Below are positions 1-7,062 of a stretch of DNA of 32,000 bases, piece after piece. Under the pieces are notes generated by a model. That model searched no databases and was not told where the DNA came from. It saw only the letters and a program-made list of their open reading frames with translations. Both the position numbers and the translations under genes were made by a program. The stretch comes from Candidatus Jordarchaeales archaeon (GTDB taxonomy: Archaea; Asgardarchaeota; Jordiarchaeia; Jordiarchaeales; Freyrarchaeaceae): the NCBI GenBank assembly GCA_038858525.1, contig JAWCFL010000017.1, forward strand, positions 8,502-40,501, in the 5' to 3' direction. Within the stretch, counting starts at the first letter, position 1, and the number at the start of each line of letters is the position of its first letter.

Positions 1-1938
1 TATGGGTTTAAGGTAAACGCCCCATGGCTTAACGTCACTCGTCACATAGTCAAGTTCACGTTTCTGATCCCTGTCAACGACGGCCACTCTCAGCGTCAAA
101 TACATATCCTGCGGCGTGGTATTTTCGACGGCGACTATGAATGGTATTTCAGTTTCTCCGGTGACTATCACGCCGTCAACCTGCGCTATGAGGTCTGATT
201 TACAATTGACACGATAAACGGGTATAGCTAACTTATCGGTGGTGATGAGCTCGGAGGAGATCATGAGCTCAGCGCTTAAAGTATACTGCGAAATTCCTGC
301 TTCTGTCTCGAATTCTACTTCGCCCACTCTCTTTTCGCCAGGCTCCAGCAAGTCTAATGCAAACTCCTCTTCAAGCACCTCTTCTCCGCTCTGACTCGTT
401 ACGATGCATCGTAAAGTGAGGTCTCTTAGCGGTTCATCTCCTTTGTTTTCTACAAACACCCGGCAAGTTACTGGTTGTCCTTCGAATACTACAGGGGTAT
501 CCAGAGCTACTTCGAGTGAAACAGGAACCATGATGATCTCTTGGAGGTTTGGCGTGCCTGACAACGGGTCGCTCCAGATATTATTACAAGTCTGGTCTGC
601 GATTATCTGAAGCTCCCTCGATAGGCTTTCAATGTCCTCTCCAAACTCAAAGAATTTTTCAAGCTGGTAGTCTGCTGTAGTCATTGGGGCGGTGACTTTC
701 CCTGCAACATCACCGTAAACACTTACTAACAATGGGTTTAGATACTCTGACTTTAAGACCCCTAACTCTTCTAGTTCCTCCCTCAAAAAGAGGAACATGT
801 TCTTGACGGCATCTACTAACCGCTTCACAGGCTCCTTGCCACCAGACTTGTGGTCAAAAAAGTACATGCGGGCAAAGTCAGGATGTCTCTTAACAATTAA
901 TTCAAGATCCTTTGGCTTAAAGAAGGGCCCTGTAAGCCCCCACCTGATCGCTGACCTTCTGTTTTTGATTAGCGTCTCCGAGTCGATTTCAGGTATTTCT
1001 TCCTTCGTCTCGAGGAGTTTCTTAGCTTTAAGTGCTATTGCCTGAAGAAGAGCTGCGAGGGCTATTTTTCGTATCACGCTTATTTGGCAGTCGAAAAATC
1101 TTGCCTCAACGGTGCCGTACTTCGTAAACGGGTACATGTCACACATTCTTGCAGGTGTTCGACCAATTGTTTTTTCGAAGAATTCCTCATCAAGAGACTT
1201 AAGATGGGGAATATAGTGCTGTGGGTCGTCTGGTCCAAGTTGCCGGACGTTAAGTTGTAACCGCACACTCCTAACGCATCCTGGAGCCTGAAGTTTTCCA
1301 TCTTTAAGCATGACGGCATCTGTTGGTCGACCATTTACAAATGGTGAATTAACCGAGAGGGCTATTAGATGAGGTATGAAGGCGCGGATAAGGTTGTAAA
1401 CAGCTATCCGGAGCTTTGTGTCCGGAATCCCTATATGGTGGTGGTCGCCGAAGCTCAAACCCTGCTGGTACTCCATCAGCGGATTTAACCCCGTCGTTAT
1501 GAGTTTAACTCCTGCAGGAAGAGAGTCGTGTGAAAGTTTGAAGAGCGTATGAAGCCACCATGCAAGCTCCTCTAGATTATCGCATGGAGGCGTGGCAATT
1601 TCCAGAATCCAAGTTATTGTTCCTATATGTGGGTCTCGCCCAAGCAGTTCCACATCTATCTTTTTTCCATCGGGAAGAGTGTATGATATTATAAGCGTTT
1701 CCCCTCTTCTTTCAACGGGTGCAACCCTTACGTTTGAGGCCTTTTTACTTATTCTTTTAACGAGCTCATCCTGAGGGTCTTTAAGTATTGCTTTCAGCCC
1801 ATCTGCTACGTCGTGGACTATTTTGCCCATTATACTGATCATTTTTTCTCCATCAATCCAGCGTCCTTTCAAGTTCACGATCTGAACTTCCGACTCTATG
1901 CCATGGGTGAAGGGTAATTTAAAGATAGAAGAGCTCAA
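1..1938 (-). CDS. GCS2-family glutamate--cysteine/carboxylate-amine ligase with C-terminal Ig-like (CARDB-like) beta-sandwich domains; 3'-partial, absent from ORF track
   Basis: Manually translated open frame from TTG at 1938 (overlaps upstream TGA, GGTGA SD) to the window edge, 646 codons with no stop. Motifs GIESEVQ, ILEIATP, GLNP, FGDHHHIG, LIALSVNSPF, DMYPFTKYGTVEARFFDCQ. From about 540 downward it is beta-rich: GQPVTCRVFVENKGDEPLRDLTL and PFIVAVENTTPQDMYLTLRV. Confidence 0.8.
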   Translation of the reverse strand, partial: MSSSIFKLPFTHGIESEVQIVNLKGRWIDGEKMISIMGKIVHDVADGLKAILKDPQDELVKRISKKASNVRVAPVERRGETLIISYTLPDGKKIDVELLGRDPHIGTITWILEIATPPCDNLEELAWWLHTLFKLSHDSLPAGVKLITTGLNPLMEYQQGLSFGDHHHIGIPDTKLRIAVYNLIRAFIPHLIALSVNSPFVNGRPTDAVMLKDGKLQAPGCVRSVRLQLNVRQLGPDDPQHYIPHLKSLDEEFFEKTIGRTPARMCDMYPFTKYGTVEARFFDCQISVIRKIALAALLQAIALKAKKLLETKEEIPEIDSETLIKNRRSAIRWGLTGPFFKPKDLELIVKRHPDFARMYFFDHKSGGKEPVKRLVDAVKNMFLFLREELEELGVLKSEYLNPLLVSVYGDVAGKVTAPMTTADYQLEKFFEFGEDIESLSRELQIIADQTCNNIWSDPLSGTPNLQEIIMVPVSLEVALDTPVVFEGQPVTCRVFVENKGDEPLRDLTLRCIVTSQSGEEVLEEEFALDLLEPGEKRVGEVEFETEAGISQYTLSAELMISSELITTDKLAIPVYRVNCKSDLIAQVDGVIVTGETEIPFIVAVENTTPQDMYLTLRVAVVDRDQKRELDYVTSDVKPWGVYLKPI

Positions 1939-2672
1939 CTTTGATCACCCGCCTTTTCCAGCGCGTCTTCAACTGCAGAGACAAGTCTCTCAGTTACGTC
2001 GTTAATCATGCTTTCAGGTAAACTCATGTCTAGAAACGAAACTCGTTGCCCTCCTCTTTTTACAAAAACGTGGATGCAATATGCTATAGGCCCCCCTCCA
2101 AAAGTTTCATTATCAAGTATTACACGCACGCCAGAACTTAAAAGCGAATTAACAATGTTATGCCTATCAATAGTTGTGAGTTCATTTATAACTACGGCCG
2201 CGTCCCCCATAGGCATCATCTTAAAGGAACGAAGAAGAATAAGAACGGCGTTTAAGCCGCTTTTATTAAGCAGTATAGACGACATTAACTTTACCAATTT
2301 CTCCCCTGACTCCAAATCCTCTCCAGGCTCTGGAAAGAAGAGATAGTAGAAAGGTTTTCCCTCCACTTTTTTCCTCTCGAAAACCTGTTTCACAGAGCTT
2401 AACAGGACTTCATCTTCCTGCGTTGACAACAACATTAGTGGGATAAACCTCTCATCCTCTCCTGGTATTGAAAGCTTACCCTCCTTCTTCATTCTTTCAA
2501 TATTCCTCATAAATGCCTCGTCGACTATTGAAGATAGAAGAGCATAAAGATGCGCGTAATCTTTTGCCAACTCAACAGCCAACGAGATAAGTTGCTCCGT
2601 TTCCCCTAAAACAGAAAGAAGTGATGTAACAGCCAAGTTGCTCCTTTCAATGACGCTGATCACTTTGTTCAT
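1935..2672 (-). CDS. Hypothetical protein (245 aa)
   Basis: Long ORF, ATG with GGCGA-type SD, 8 bp from the upstream gene and 4-bp overlap with the downstream gene; no recognised motif. Confidence 0.75.
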   Translation of the reverse strand: MNKVISVIERSNLAVTSLLSVLGETEQLISLAVELAKDYAHLYALLSSIVDEAFMRNIERMKKEGKLSIPGEDERFIPLMLLSTQEDEVLLSSVKQVFERKKVEGKPFYYLFFPEPGEDLESGEKLVKLMSSILLNKSGLNAVLILLRSFKMMPMGDAAVVINELTTIDRHNIVNSLLSSGVRVILDNETFGGGPIAYCIHVFVKRGGQRVSFLDMSLPESMINDVTERLVSAVEDALEKAGDQS

Positions 2673-2680
2673 GCTTTCGC

Positions 2681-3841
2681 CTACCTTGAAAGCTCTTCTA
2701 TAGACTTTAAAAGGTCGTTTTTATGCCTCCTTAACTCCTGCAACTTCTCGGAGAACTCGCTTATGAAGTCCCTTATCCTCGTTATGGCGTCATCTATTAT
2801 TTTTAGCCTCTCATCGAGCTTCTCAGTTAGATTTCCTGTTTCGCCAAGTTTTAGAAGCGAAGACAGTTTGCCCTCAATAGCGCTTACTCTCCCCTCAAGG
2901 ACGGCGAGCCTTCCCTTAACGTCCTCTAGCGCCTCTTTAATTTCTGAGAAGCTCAGTTGCGGGGCTGGCGTAATGACCTCAGTAGCCCCCATTACTTCTT
3001 TCCTTACTTCTTCACTCACTTCGGCTTTCTCAGCTTCCACCTTTCCTTCCAACTTCAGGAGAACAGTCTCCTCCTCATGGCTAGGCCCCGTTAAACCGCT
3101 GATGTAACAGTCATAAACTTCAGCTATGGCCTCCGACATCTCTCTATTGTAAGGCTCGCCTCCTAAGCCTGAAAAAATACATGCCACATCATCATGATAC
3201 TTTAAACACCAAATCCCTCTTCCGCTTTTCTGCTCTAGGAAGAGCAGTAGTGAGGATGAGAAAAACGGGCTTTCGAAAAGATTCTGCACCGTTCTAACTA
3301 TCAAGTTTAACTCTTTCGGTAATGGCCCACCCGCCTCAAACGAGTCACGCGCCCATGCATATTCAAGGTCTTCGCTATCGATAAGCTTTCTAACCCAGTT
3401 CTCTAATCCCTCCACGACTATTCTGGTCCCACTAAACTCATAGGTTCTCTCGCTGAAACCAAGTAGCGAAAGAATGTTAGCCACAATCATCTTCGCCTCT
3501 CTCTCACGGGTCTTGAAAATACAAAGCCACTTCTCTCGCCCATAACCAACAACACACATTCTGCTTCCATTCAACTCCACAACTATAATGGCTAACAGGT
3601 CGCTTCGTAGGAGGGGTGAAAGAAAAACTTCGTTAGAAAACATCCTCAGAAACCTATGCGTCGCATCCATCACCTCGGGACTCAACACGTCGCCCCTAAA
3701 AAACCTGAGGAGTTGTGTTATGCTTCCTCCACTCTTAAGCGCCTCAGCCACTTCATTTATGACCGAAAGATCCGTGAAGAGGTAACCGCTGATCACACCC
3801 ACAGTAGAACCATACCACTTGTCAAGCCACTGCCTGAGCAT
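2681..3841 (-). CDS. Hypothetical protein with an internally duplicated alpha/beta unit and C-terminal coiled coil
   Basis: The ORF track starts at 3871, but ATG at 3841 has a strong GAGGTGA SD. Two similar segments (F.SP..LL..G..Y..CIF..RE) and heptads from about residue 307. Confidence 0.75.
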   Translation of the reverse strand: MLRQWLDKWYGSTVGVISGYLFTDLSVINEVAEALKSGGSITQLLRFFRGDVLSPEVMDATHRFLRMFSNEVFLSPLLRSDLLAIIVVELNGSRMCVVGYGREKWLCIFKTREREAKMIVANILSLLGFSERTYEFSGTRIVVEGLENWVRKLIDSEDLEYAWARDSFEAGGPLPKELNLIVRTVQNLFESPFFSSSLLLFLEQKSGRGIWCLKYHDDVACIFSGLGGEPYNREMSEAIAEVYDCYISGLTGPSHEEETVLLKLEGKVEAEKAEVSEEVRKEVMGATEVITPAPQLSFSEIKEALEDVKGRLAVLEGRVSAIEGKLSSLLKLGETGNLTEKLDERLKIIDDAITRIRDFISEFSEKLQELRRHKNDLLKSIEELSR

Positions 3842-3970
3842 TTCACCTCTCTTCAAGGAAACCCCCACCAAGACACTATATATTCAAACACTACTCTATC
3901 ATTAAGCCTAAATAACTCTTCTTCAAACAAAAAAAGTGGGAGCCGTATGCGCAGCGCTTTTCTTATCTGA

Positions 3971-4174
3971 TTAACCGCTTGGAGGTACCTTCTTAGCCTT
4001 TTCCTCCACGTGCTTTTCGAGGGCGCTAGCCGCCTCCTGCATCATTCTAGCGCGCTCCTCCTTTGTTTTGGCTAGCGACTCCTTCTCCTCTTTTTTCCTT
4101 TCTCCGTGAAGCTTCTCCAAGATCTCCTTCGTTTTCTTTACCTCTTCGGGGGATGGTGGTGCTTCTTCGCTCAA
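3971..4174 (-). CDS. Small highly charged helical protein (67 aa)
   Basis: TTG start with AAGGTGG SD; E/K-rich helical sequence; co-oriented with the downstream genes. Confidence 0.6.
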   Translation of the reverse strand: MSEEAPPSPEEVKKTKEILEKLHGERKKEEKESLAKTKEERARMMQEAASALEKHVEEKAKKVPPSG

Positions 4175-4472
4175 TTAGACCACCTTCTTAGAAGGCCTGT
4201 TGCAAAATAAATATTCCACAATTATACTTATTTACTTTTTGGAAGAAAAGGAAATCACAATGAAAAACTGATAATTTACAATTGCTTAAAAAGAAATATT
4301 CCTAATTCCATCTCTTTTTTGTTTAAGCATTCGAAGACGAAATAAAGTAAAAGCCTAAGCCTCTAGTAACTCCCACAAAGCATCCTAACAGATTCCTAAA
4401 CTAAATTCTCAACAAACTAAAACCCTCTCAAACAAACCATTTTGCGGTTTTTATAGAGCTTCTTTCGTAATG

Positions 4473-4480
4473 TTTAAAAG
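4473..4480 (+). promoter_or_regulatory. TATA box of tRNA-Cys/sepCysE/pscS unit
   Basis: TTTAAAAG lies 27-34 nt upstream of tRNA G1 (4507), the typical archaeal spacing. Confidence 0.6.
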
Positions 4481-4521
4481 TTATTTTTTCATTTGAGTTG
4501 TTGAGAGCCGGGGTGGCCGAG

Positions 4522-4555
4522 AGCCTCCAGTCTGATTGAAATGAGGTGCCGGAAA
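4522..4555 (+). other. tRNA intron A at position 15/16 (34 nt), relaxed BHB
   Basis: Bulges AG^A (4520-22) and AA^C (4554-56). Central helix GCCG/CGGA (3 WC pairs + G.A). Intron-side helix GC/GC then CCUC/GAGG. Exon-side helix is not formed. Confidence 0.65.
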
Positions 4556-4562
4556 CGGTGAG

Positions 4563-4583
4563 TCCCCCTTCACGGGGCGCGAA
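4563..4583 (+). other. tRNA intron B at position 23/24 (21 nt), relaxed BHB
   Basis: Bulges AG^U (4561-63) and AA^G (4582-84). Central helix GGUG/CGCG (2 GC, 1 GU, 1 G.G). Intron-side helix CCCC/GGGG. Confidence 0.65.
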
Positions 4584-4597
4584 GCAGCGGACTGCAG

Positions 4598-4611
4598 TTT
4601 TATGAGCAGTT
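4598..4611 (+). other. tRNA intron C at canonical position 37/38 (14 nt)
   Basis: C32-C35 (CUGC) pairs with intron GCAG (4606-09). Bulges AG^U and UU^A. Removal restores the 7-nt anticodon loop CUGCAGA. Confidence 0.9.
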
Positions 4612-4633
4612 ATCCGCCATACCGGGGTTCAAA

Positions 4634-4651
4634 ACCTTTAATAGGTGAAAC
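4634..4651 (+). other. tRNA intron D at position 59/60 (18 nt), strict BHB
   Basis: T-stem as exon helix, central UUCA/UGAA, bulges AA^A and AC^U, intron helix CCU/AGG. Removal restores the T-loop UUCAAAU. Confidence 0.9.
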
Positions 4652-4684
4652 TCCCTGCCCCGGCTCCACTTCTTCTCCAACAGT

Positions 4685-5317
4685 GTGAGATGGTGCGTTA
4701 TGCCTCTTTCCCTTTCTTTGGATGCTGCCAGAAAGCTTTCCTCAACTATAGAAGCTCTTTTAACTGCTTGGTCTCTTGTCCGTGCGTCAGCACCTCGCTT
4801 AATCCTAAAGGAAAAAGAAGAAAGAGATTTTGTCGAGAAACTGTTACTGGCGCATCGCGCTCTCTCTGAGCTTTTATCTCTTCTCGGGCTCGACAAGCAA
4901 GAAAACGAGCTTATCAGTGCTCTTTCAGAACTAAATCCTAATGAAACATTACTCCTCGTCGTTCCCCCCTCATTGATGAGGCGCCTTGTGGGAGTCGGTA
5001 TTCCACATGAAAGAGTAATATCAATTGGAGGACCATTAAGCGCTGAAGACGCCAAGGCGTTAAATCCCCACCTTCCCGAGGAAGCTATGAAAGGTGTTGA
5101 AGCACGTTTAAAGAATTTTTGGAGAGAGCTTGAAAGAAAAATTAAAGGAGCACGTACAGTTCTTTTCATCCTGGAGAAAGCTGGCAAAGTTGACGAACTT
5201 ATAGCCAAGCGTGCCAGTATGCTTTCTGAAAAGTTTGGAGTCGATGTTAAAGTTGTCTACTTAACTAATCTTGATTCCTGCGTAGAAATTCTACCGCGTT
5301 TTTTCAGGAGGGAGTGA
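4685..5317 (+). CDS. SepCysE (DUF2100 family), SepRS-SepCysS scaffold / translation factor
   Basis: Segments APRLILKEKEERDF..L..LG and GGPLSAEDAKALNPHLPEEAMKGV match the recalled methanogen SepCysE pattern. Lies 3 bp upstream of pscS. True start may be the ATG near 4700. Confidence 0.8.
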   Translation: MRWCVMPLSLSLDAARKLSSTIEALLTAWSLVRASAPRLILKEKEERDFVEKLLLAHRALSELLSLLGLDKQENELISALSELNPNETLLLVVPPSLMRRLVGVGIPHERVISIGGPLSAEDAKALNPHLPEEAMKGVEARLKNFWRELERKIKGARTVLFILEKAGKVDELIAKRASMLSEKFGVDVKVVYLTNLDSCVEILPRFFRRE

Positions 5318-5320
5318 GAA

Positions 5321-6523
5321 GTGCCGCTTAGACCTGAACGCCTTTCGAAGTATCGCAACCTTACAAGGAGTACCGAGATTGAAGCGATAAATCTCAACCC
5401 AATTCAGAGTGGGGGACGTGCCGGAAACTACCCTGAAGTCGTCAAATCAGTACTGAACTTCATAGATGGATATAGCACGTGCGACTACTGCATTAAGGGT
5501 AGACTCGAGGAAATCGAGACGCCACCGCTATGTGACTTCCACGCTGACCTAGCAGAATTCATCGAAATGGATGAAGTCAGGCTTCTACCGGGATGCAGGC
5601 AGGCTCAGTTTGCTGCTTTTCACAGCCTAGCAAGCCCAGGAGACTACGTGGTCATAGATTCTCTAGCACATTACTCGACATATCTGGCTGCCGAGAGAGC
5701 TGGACTGAAAATAATTGAGGTGCCCAACAGTGGTTTCCCTTATTTTGAAGTGTCACCTGAGCTTTACGCCGAAAAAATAGAGGAAGCTAAACGCGTCACT
5801 AAAAAAACACCTGCATTGGTTTTCCTTACTCACGTTGACTACTCCTACGGTAACCTTGCGGATGCCGAGGCCATTGCAAAGGTCTCCCACGAGTATGACG
5901 TACCATTCATGTTAAACTGCGCGTACACTATTGGTAGAATGCCTGTATCCGGACGAAAATTGAAGGCTGACGTAGTAGTAGCCTCGCTCCATAAGTCTTT
6001 CGCGTCCCCTGCCCCCTCAGGAATACTTGCAGCTAATGGAGAGTACGCTGAGAAAATATTCAGAAAGTCAACGGTGAAGGGAGAGTGGAGCGGCAGAACT
6101 TTTCCAAACAAGGAGGTAGAACTTTTAGGATGCACGTTGCCCGGCTGCGTCGTTGTTGGAGTGATGGCGGCATTCCCCTACGTTGCTGAAAGAGTAGAGC
6201 GATGGAGTGAAGAGGTCGAGAAAGCCCGTTACTTCTCAAGCCAGCTGACGAAGATCGAAGGCGTCATTCAGCTTGGGCAGACCCCCCATAACCATGACCT
6301 CCTCCACTTTGAAAGCTCCTCGTTCTTCGAGGTGGCTCGCGCTCACCCTAGAAAGGGTTTCTTCCTCTATGACGAACTAAAAGCTAGAGGAGTCGTGGGC
6401 GTCCAGCCAGGCCTATCGAGGTCCTGGAAACTTTCAACATACGGACAAAGCTGGGAAAATGTTAAAAAAGCGGCTCAAGCATTCCTTGAAATAGCTGAAA
6501 AATACAATATCCCCGTCTCTTAA
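5321..6523 (+). CDS. pscS: O-phosphoseryl-tRNA:Cys-tRNA synthase (SepCysS)
   Basis: INLNPIQSGG, GYSTCDYC, AHYSTYLAAE, THVDYSYGNL, PLP lysine motif SLHKSFA, ELLGCT. Confidence 0.95.
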   Translation: MPLRPERLSKYRNLTRSTEIEAINLNPIQSGGRAGNYPEVVKSVLNFIDGYSTCDYCIKGRLEEIETPPLCDFHADLAEFIEMDEVRLLPGCRQAQFAAFHSLASPGDYVVIDSLAHYSTYLAAERAGLKIIEVPNSGFPYFEVSPELYAEKIEEAKRVTKKTPALVFLTHVDYSYGNLADAEAIAKVSHEYDVPFMLNCAYTIGRMPVSGRKLKADVVVASLHKSFASPAPSGILAANGEYAEKIFRKSTVKGEWSGRTFPNKEVELLGCTLPGCVVVGVMAAFPYVAERVERWSEEVEKARYFSSQLTKIEGVIQLGQTPHNHDLLHFESSSFFEVARAHPRKGFFLYDELKARGVVGVQPGLSRSWKLSTYGQSWENVKKAAQAFLEIAEKYNIPVS

Positions 6524-6684
6524 GCCGTTTTCCACTTGAAGTTTATGGGGACATTTGCTATGTTATGTGACATTTCAGAAAGGTTTAAATTATAACCATG
6601 TATACTTCTAATAGTCTTATGGAGAAAAATTGTATCAGCCCCAAAATGAGGGGAAACTGAAAAGAAAGGAGTTGATGAAGTCCG

Positions 6685-6942
6685 ATGTTCTGTCCTAAAG
6701 ATGGGGCTCTTATGGTGCCAAAGAAAAAGGATGGAAAAACCGTTTTGGTTTGCAAGAAGTGTGGCTATGAGGCACCTGTCTCAGACGAGAAAAAATACAA
6801 GTTGGTCGTAAAGATACCTCACACTACAAAGGATAAGACTGCTGTTGTCGAAAAAGAGCTCGCCCTGTCGTTCAAGCAAGACGAGGAAGAAAGAGAGGAA
6901 CTTCGAAGACAAATGCTCGAATTCCTCGTGGAAGAAGGTTAA
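6685..6942 (+). CDS. Short RpoM/TFS (RPB9/RPC11-family) paralog, N-terminal zinc ribbon only
   Basis: MFCPKDGALMVP...VCKKCGY; acidic helical C-terminus with no second zinc ribbon or catalytic DE hairpin. Confidence 0.8.
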   Translation: MFCPKDGALMVPKKKDGKTVLVCKKCGYEAPVSDEKKYKLVVKIPHTTKDKTAVVEKELALSFKQDEEEREELRRQMLEFLVEEG

Positions 6943-7062
6943 CTCCCCCTCTCTCCTATTTTTCCTTACGCTTTTCTAAGTTTTACCTCCAGCTAATGTA
7001 TTAATCTAATAATTTTTATACTTGTTTTCAGTGTTTCCTTTGCCTTCTTCATCTTTTAAGAG

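Larger units (their letters stand above)
4507..4668 (+). tRNA. tRNA-Cys(GCA), CCA encoded, with four predicted introns (exons 4507-4521, 4556-4562, 4584-4597, 4612-4633, 4652-4668)
   Basis: Acceptor GCCGGGG/CCCCGGC, U73, CCA. Anticodon arm GCGGA-CUGCAGA-UCCGC. T arm CGGGG-UUCAAAU-CCCUG. Joined exons give the 75-nt cloverleaf GCCGGGGUGGCCGAGCGGUGAGGCAGCGGACUGCAGAUCCGCCAUACCGGGGUUCAAAUCCCUGCCCCGGCUCCA with D-stem GCCG/AGGC, G18G19 and G15-C48. Confidence 0.92.

Noticed and set aside
3971-4174. Pup/UBact-like modifier
   Set aside because: Size and charge fit, but the C-terminus is PPSG rather than GG[EQ], and no proteasome genes are adjacent; kept only as a remote hypothesis.
4390-4440. Short AAAC/CTAAA repeats in the divergent promoter region
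   Set aside because: Imperfect low-complexity A/C-rich sequence with no constant repeat-spacer period; not CRISPR.
4522-4555. Intron A as a box C/D guide (like the tRNA-Trp intron), CUGA at 4532-4535
   Set aside because: The guide position five nt upstream of the D box (4527) is the one mismatch against C35, there is no proper box C, and the intron is too short for a two-guide RNA.
4532-4584. Hammerhead ribozyme-like words (CUGA..GA, GAAA) in the D-arm insertion
   Set aside because: The core spacing CUGANGA and the three-stem junction cannot be built; the two-intron model explains the sequence better.
4507-4668. tRNA-Sec or a single large D-loop intron
   Set aside because: The anticodon is GCA with a 7-bp acceptor and a short variable loop. 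Single-intron joins leave a C12.A23 mismatch and have no BHB.
4600-5208. 202-aa minus-strand ORF
   Set aside because: Antisense shadow of sepCysE that runs into the tRNA; no motifs. The other long antisense ORFs (14012-14665, 24446-25063, 29920-30468, 22785-23216) and the short track ORFs inside 1-1938 are rejected for the same reason.
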